Source of the DNA: Bacteroidota bacterium
Lineage (GTDB): Bacteria > Bacteroidota > Ignavibacteria > Ignavibacteriales > Melioribacteraceae
Direction of reading: 5' to 3'
Assembly: GCA_021801605.1 (NCBI GenBank)
Contig: JAJYXU010000096.1
Coordinates: forward strand, 12,290 to 76,289
DNA: 64,000 bases
Shown here: piece after piece, positions 62,109 to 64,000 of the stretch
How the letters are laid out: each line of letters starts with the position of its first letter
Numbering within the stretch: the first letter of the stretch is position 1
Program-made: the position numbers and the translations under genes
Notes under the pieces: generated by a model
Told to the model about the DNA's origin: nothing
The model's input: the letters and a program-made list of their open reading frames with translations, nothing else
Databases searched by the model: none

Positions 62109-62777
62109 ATGAATAAATTAGATGGAATAATGTCGCTTCTGATTGCATGTATTGAAATTATTTATGTTATCAACCTTCTAATTTTTTCTGAAAAGAATTC
62201 AATAAACAAACTCGTAATAGGAATAGTGACTCTTCTGCTCGGCTATCAATTTATTGAGTTTTTAATTTGCAATGTTGGTTTACAAAAACAAATCTTTATC
62301 TATCTTGCATTTCTAGATATAACTCTTTTACCGCCTCTCAGTTTATACACTGTCCTAAAGTTTTCAGCAAGAGAATCGCATTTCAGCAAACTTGTTTTTA
62401 TTCCAGCACTTTTTTTCATCGTTTATTATCTGTTTGTGCTCAGTCAATTTGCCGTTACAAAGTGTACGGTTTTATATGCTTCATATCATTATCCTCTCGG
62501 CGAGTTGTACGGAATAATTTATTACCTGCCGATTATCTTTTCAAATATCATACTGAATAAAAAATGGGGAGCGGAAACAGACCCGCTTCAGAAATCTCTT
62601 ACAAGAACATTTCTGTTTGGATTTCTTTTCACATTTGTTCCCTCAATGATTCTTGCTATAGCAATTCCGGCATTTATAACTGCGGTCGAAAGTTTGTTGT
62701 GCAAACTTGCATTCATATTCGCATCATTCTTATTTTATTTTGCGTTGAAGAATAAACACAACATAGAAAGGAAATAA
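62109..62777 (+). CDS. Hypothetical polytopic membrane protein (about 7 TM)
   Basis: Consecutive hydrophobic segments across 222 aa. Confidence 0.75.
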   Translation: MNKLDGIMSLLIACIEIIYVINLLIFSEKNSINKLVIGIVTLLLGYQFIEFLICNVGLQKQIFIYLAFLDITLLPPLSLYTVLKFSARESHFSKLVFIPALFFIVYYLFVLSQFAVTKCTVLYASYHYPLGELYGIIYYLPIIFSNIILNKKWGAETDPLQKSLTRTFLFGFLFTFVPSMILAIAIPAFITAVESLLCKLAFIFASFLFYFALKNKHNIERK

Positions 62778-62778
62778 T

Positions 62779-63108
62779 TTGCCGGAAACAATTCTAAATA
62801 TTTACCTGATCATTGATAAGAATATCATCACCGCTTATAAATGCAAGGCATATCAGCAGAAAGGAAGCGATGAAGAGAAGATCAACTATTTAAAAGAACA
62901 CGCTAAAGAAGATTTTACAAGCGCATATCATTTTGATGCGCCTCAAAATAAACGGGGCGAGTTCATGTCGTATAAAAAATTTTCTAAGATTGAATCGCAA
63001 GGTCTGCAATATAAATTGTTCGAAGAGATATTTGAAAAATTTAATGTCCCGGAGAAACCGCTTGTCTGTGTTACTCCGGTTGTGGATGGAGAAATTTGGG
63101 CGAAATAA
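62779..63108 (+). CDS. Hypothetical protein
   Basis: 109-aa ORF with SD AAGGA, co-oriented with neighbours. Confidence 0.65.
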   Translation: MPETILNIYLIIDKNIITAYKCKAYQQKGSDEEKINYLKEHAKEDFTSAYHFDAPQNKRGEFMSYKKFSKIESQGLQYKLFEEIFEKFNVPEKPLVCVTPVVDGEIWAK

Positions 63109-63136
63109 TTTTTTAAGGTGTTAAGGGAATACTAAA

Positions 63137-63352
63137 ATGACTAGAAATTATTTCGTTTGTGTTGATAACTCTAATTATAAAGCATCTCTTGAAAAATGGA
63201 AAATTTATAAGGTTAAGATAGATTCTGAATCAGAAAAGTTAGGGTTACTTAACGTAATAGATGAATCAGGTGAGAATTATTTCTATCCCGATAAAATGTT
63301 TGTTAGAATTGACCTTCCTTTAACTCTCCGAAAGAAAATGAAAGCAGCGTAA
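63137..63352 (+). CDS. Small conserved hypothetical protein (VIDESGE.Y.YP family)
   Basis: CVDN..YKASLE..KIY and VIDESGENYFYP motifs. Confidence 0.7.
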   Translation: MTRNYFVCVDNSNYKASLEKWKIYKVKIDSESEKLGLLNVIDESGENYFYPDKMFVRIDLPLTLRKKMKAA

Positions 63353-63390
63353 AGCTGAAATGTTAGTACTTTTTCTCTCCCACTTTCCAT

Positions 63391-63420
63391 TTGCATCTTT
63401 TACTCAGCCACCTTATCTTG
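63391..63420 (+). promoter_or_regulatory. Candidate promoter of the acyl-CoA ligase gene
   Basis: TTGCAT-N17-TATCTT(G). Confidence 0.55.
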
Positions 63421-63445
63421 AACTAAAACTTAGAGGGAAAATTGT

Positions 63446-64000
63446 ATGGCGATCTATAAAGATTTCAAGACCATTCCACAACTTTTTCAAATTATAACAA
63501 AGGATTTTGCAAAGGGAAAAGATCTGGCTGTGTTGAAGTATAAAGCCGGCGATCAATGGAAAGAGATCGGCTATGATGAGCTTTATAGAGATACAGAGAA
63601 TTTTGCTTTAGGGCTTGCCTCATTGGGAGTTAAACGTAACGATAAAGTTGCCATCATCGCGGAAAACCGTCCCGAATGGGTTTATTCTGATATGGCAATA
63701 CTAGGTTTGGGCGGAGTAGATGTTCCTCTTTATCCGATCTCAACTTCGGAAACAATTGAGTTTTGCCTTAACAATTCGGAATCGGTCGGCATTATTGTTT
63801 CCAATAAGTTTCAATTGAATAAAGTTCTGAAGGTGCGGAATGAATGTAAAACTCTACAGTTCATAGTTGTAATGAATAATGAAGATAAAGGAACAGAAAA
63901 GGATGTATTCAGTTTTACAGATGTTCAGGCTAAAGGATTGGAGTTCGGTAAAGATTACCCAAATTATTTTGTTGAAAATTCCAAACTCACCCGGGAGAAT
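63446..64000 (+). CDS. Long-chain fatty acid--CoA ligase (FAA1-type), runs off window end
   Basis: Manual translation MAIYKDFKTIPQLF...LGVKRNDKVAIIAENRPEWVYSDMAILGLGGVDVPLYP; SD GAGGG. Confidence 0.88.
   Translation, partial: MAIYKDFKTIPQLFQIITKDFAKGKDLAVLKYKAGDQWKEIGYDELYRDTENFALGLASLGVKRNDKVAIIAENRPEWVYSDMAILGLGGVDVPLYPISTSETIEFCLNNSESVGIIVSNKFQLNKVLKVRNECKTLQFIVVMNNEDKGTEKDVFSFTDVQAKGLEFGKDYPNYFVENSKLTREN

Overview
AT-rich bacterial chromosomal window, mostly core housekeeping DNA. Protein styles and a short Bacteroidota/Chlorobiota-type primary sigma factor suggest an Ignavibacteria-like organism (inference). Layout: (i) dcw cell-wall/division cluster on the minus strand, mraZ to ftsZ (1-15.7 kb); (ii) a decayed ~5 kb accessory patch (15.75-20.7 kb) with a left-truncated ISL3 element, gene fragments, a repeat-rich lipoprotein and an intact membrane-anchored LuxR-type regulator with candidate operator boxes; (iii) tRNA-Tyr/Gly/Thr-rpmG-tRNA-Trp-secE-nusG-rplKAJL-rpoBC, then the str, S10, spc and alpha operons (20.8-52.1 kb), with a tRNA-Gln inside spc between rplR and rpsE; (iv) engB, a GAF-GAF-degenerate GGDEF protein, phosphopentomutase, two isolated microcompartment vertex (EutN/CcmL) genes, the sigma factor, an NlpC/P60 lipoprotein, a frameshifted HEPN plus intact MNT pair, fumC, orphan antitoxin-like genes, a C-N hydrolase lacking the usual catalytic Lys, and the start of a long-chain acyl-CoA ligase. 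Best leads: the deoB plus BMC-vertex satellite locus, a family of short inverted-repeat (MITE-like) elements, the membrane LuxR module, a shared TTG-N17/18-TAnnTT promoter signature, and two tRNA oddities. No CRISPR array, rRNA or prophage seen. All calls come from motif recognition by eye; no database searches were run.
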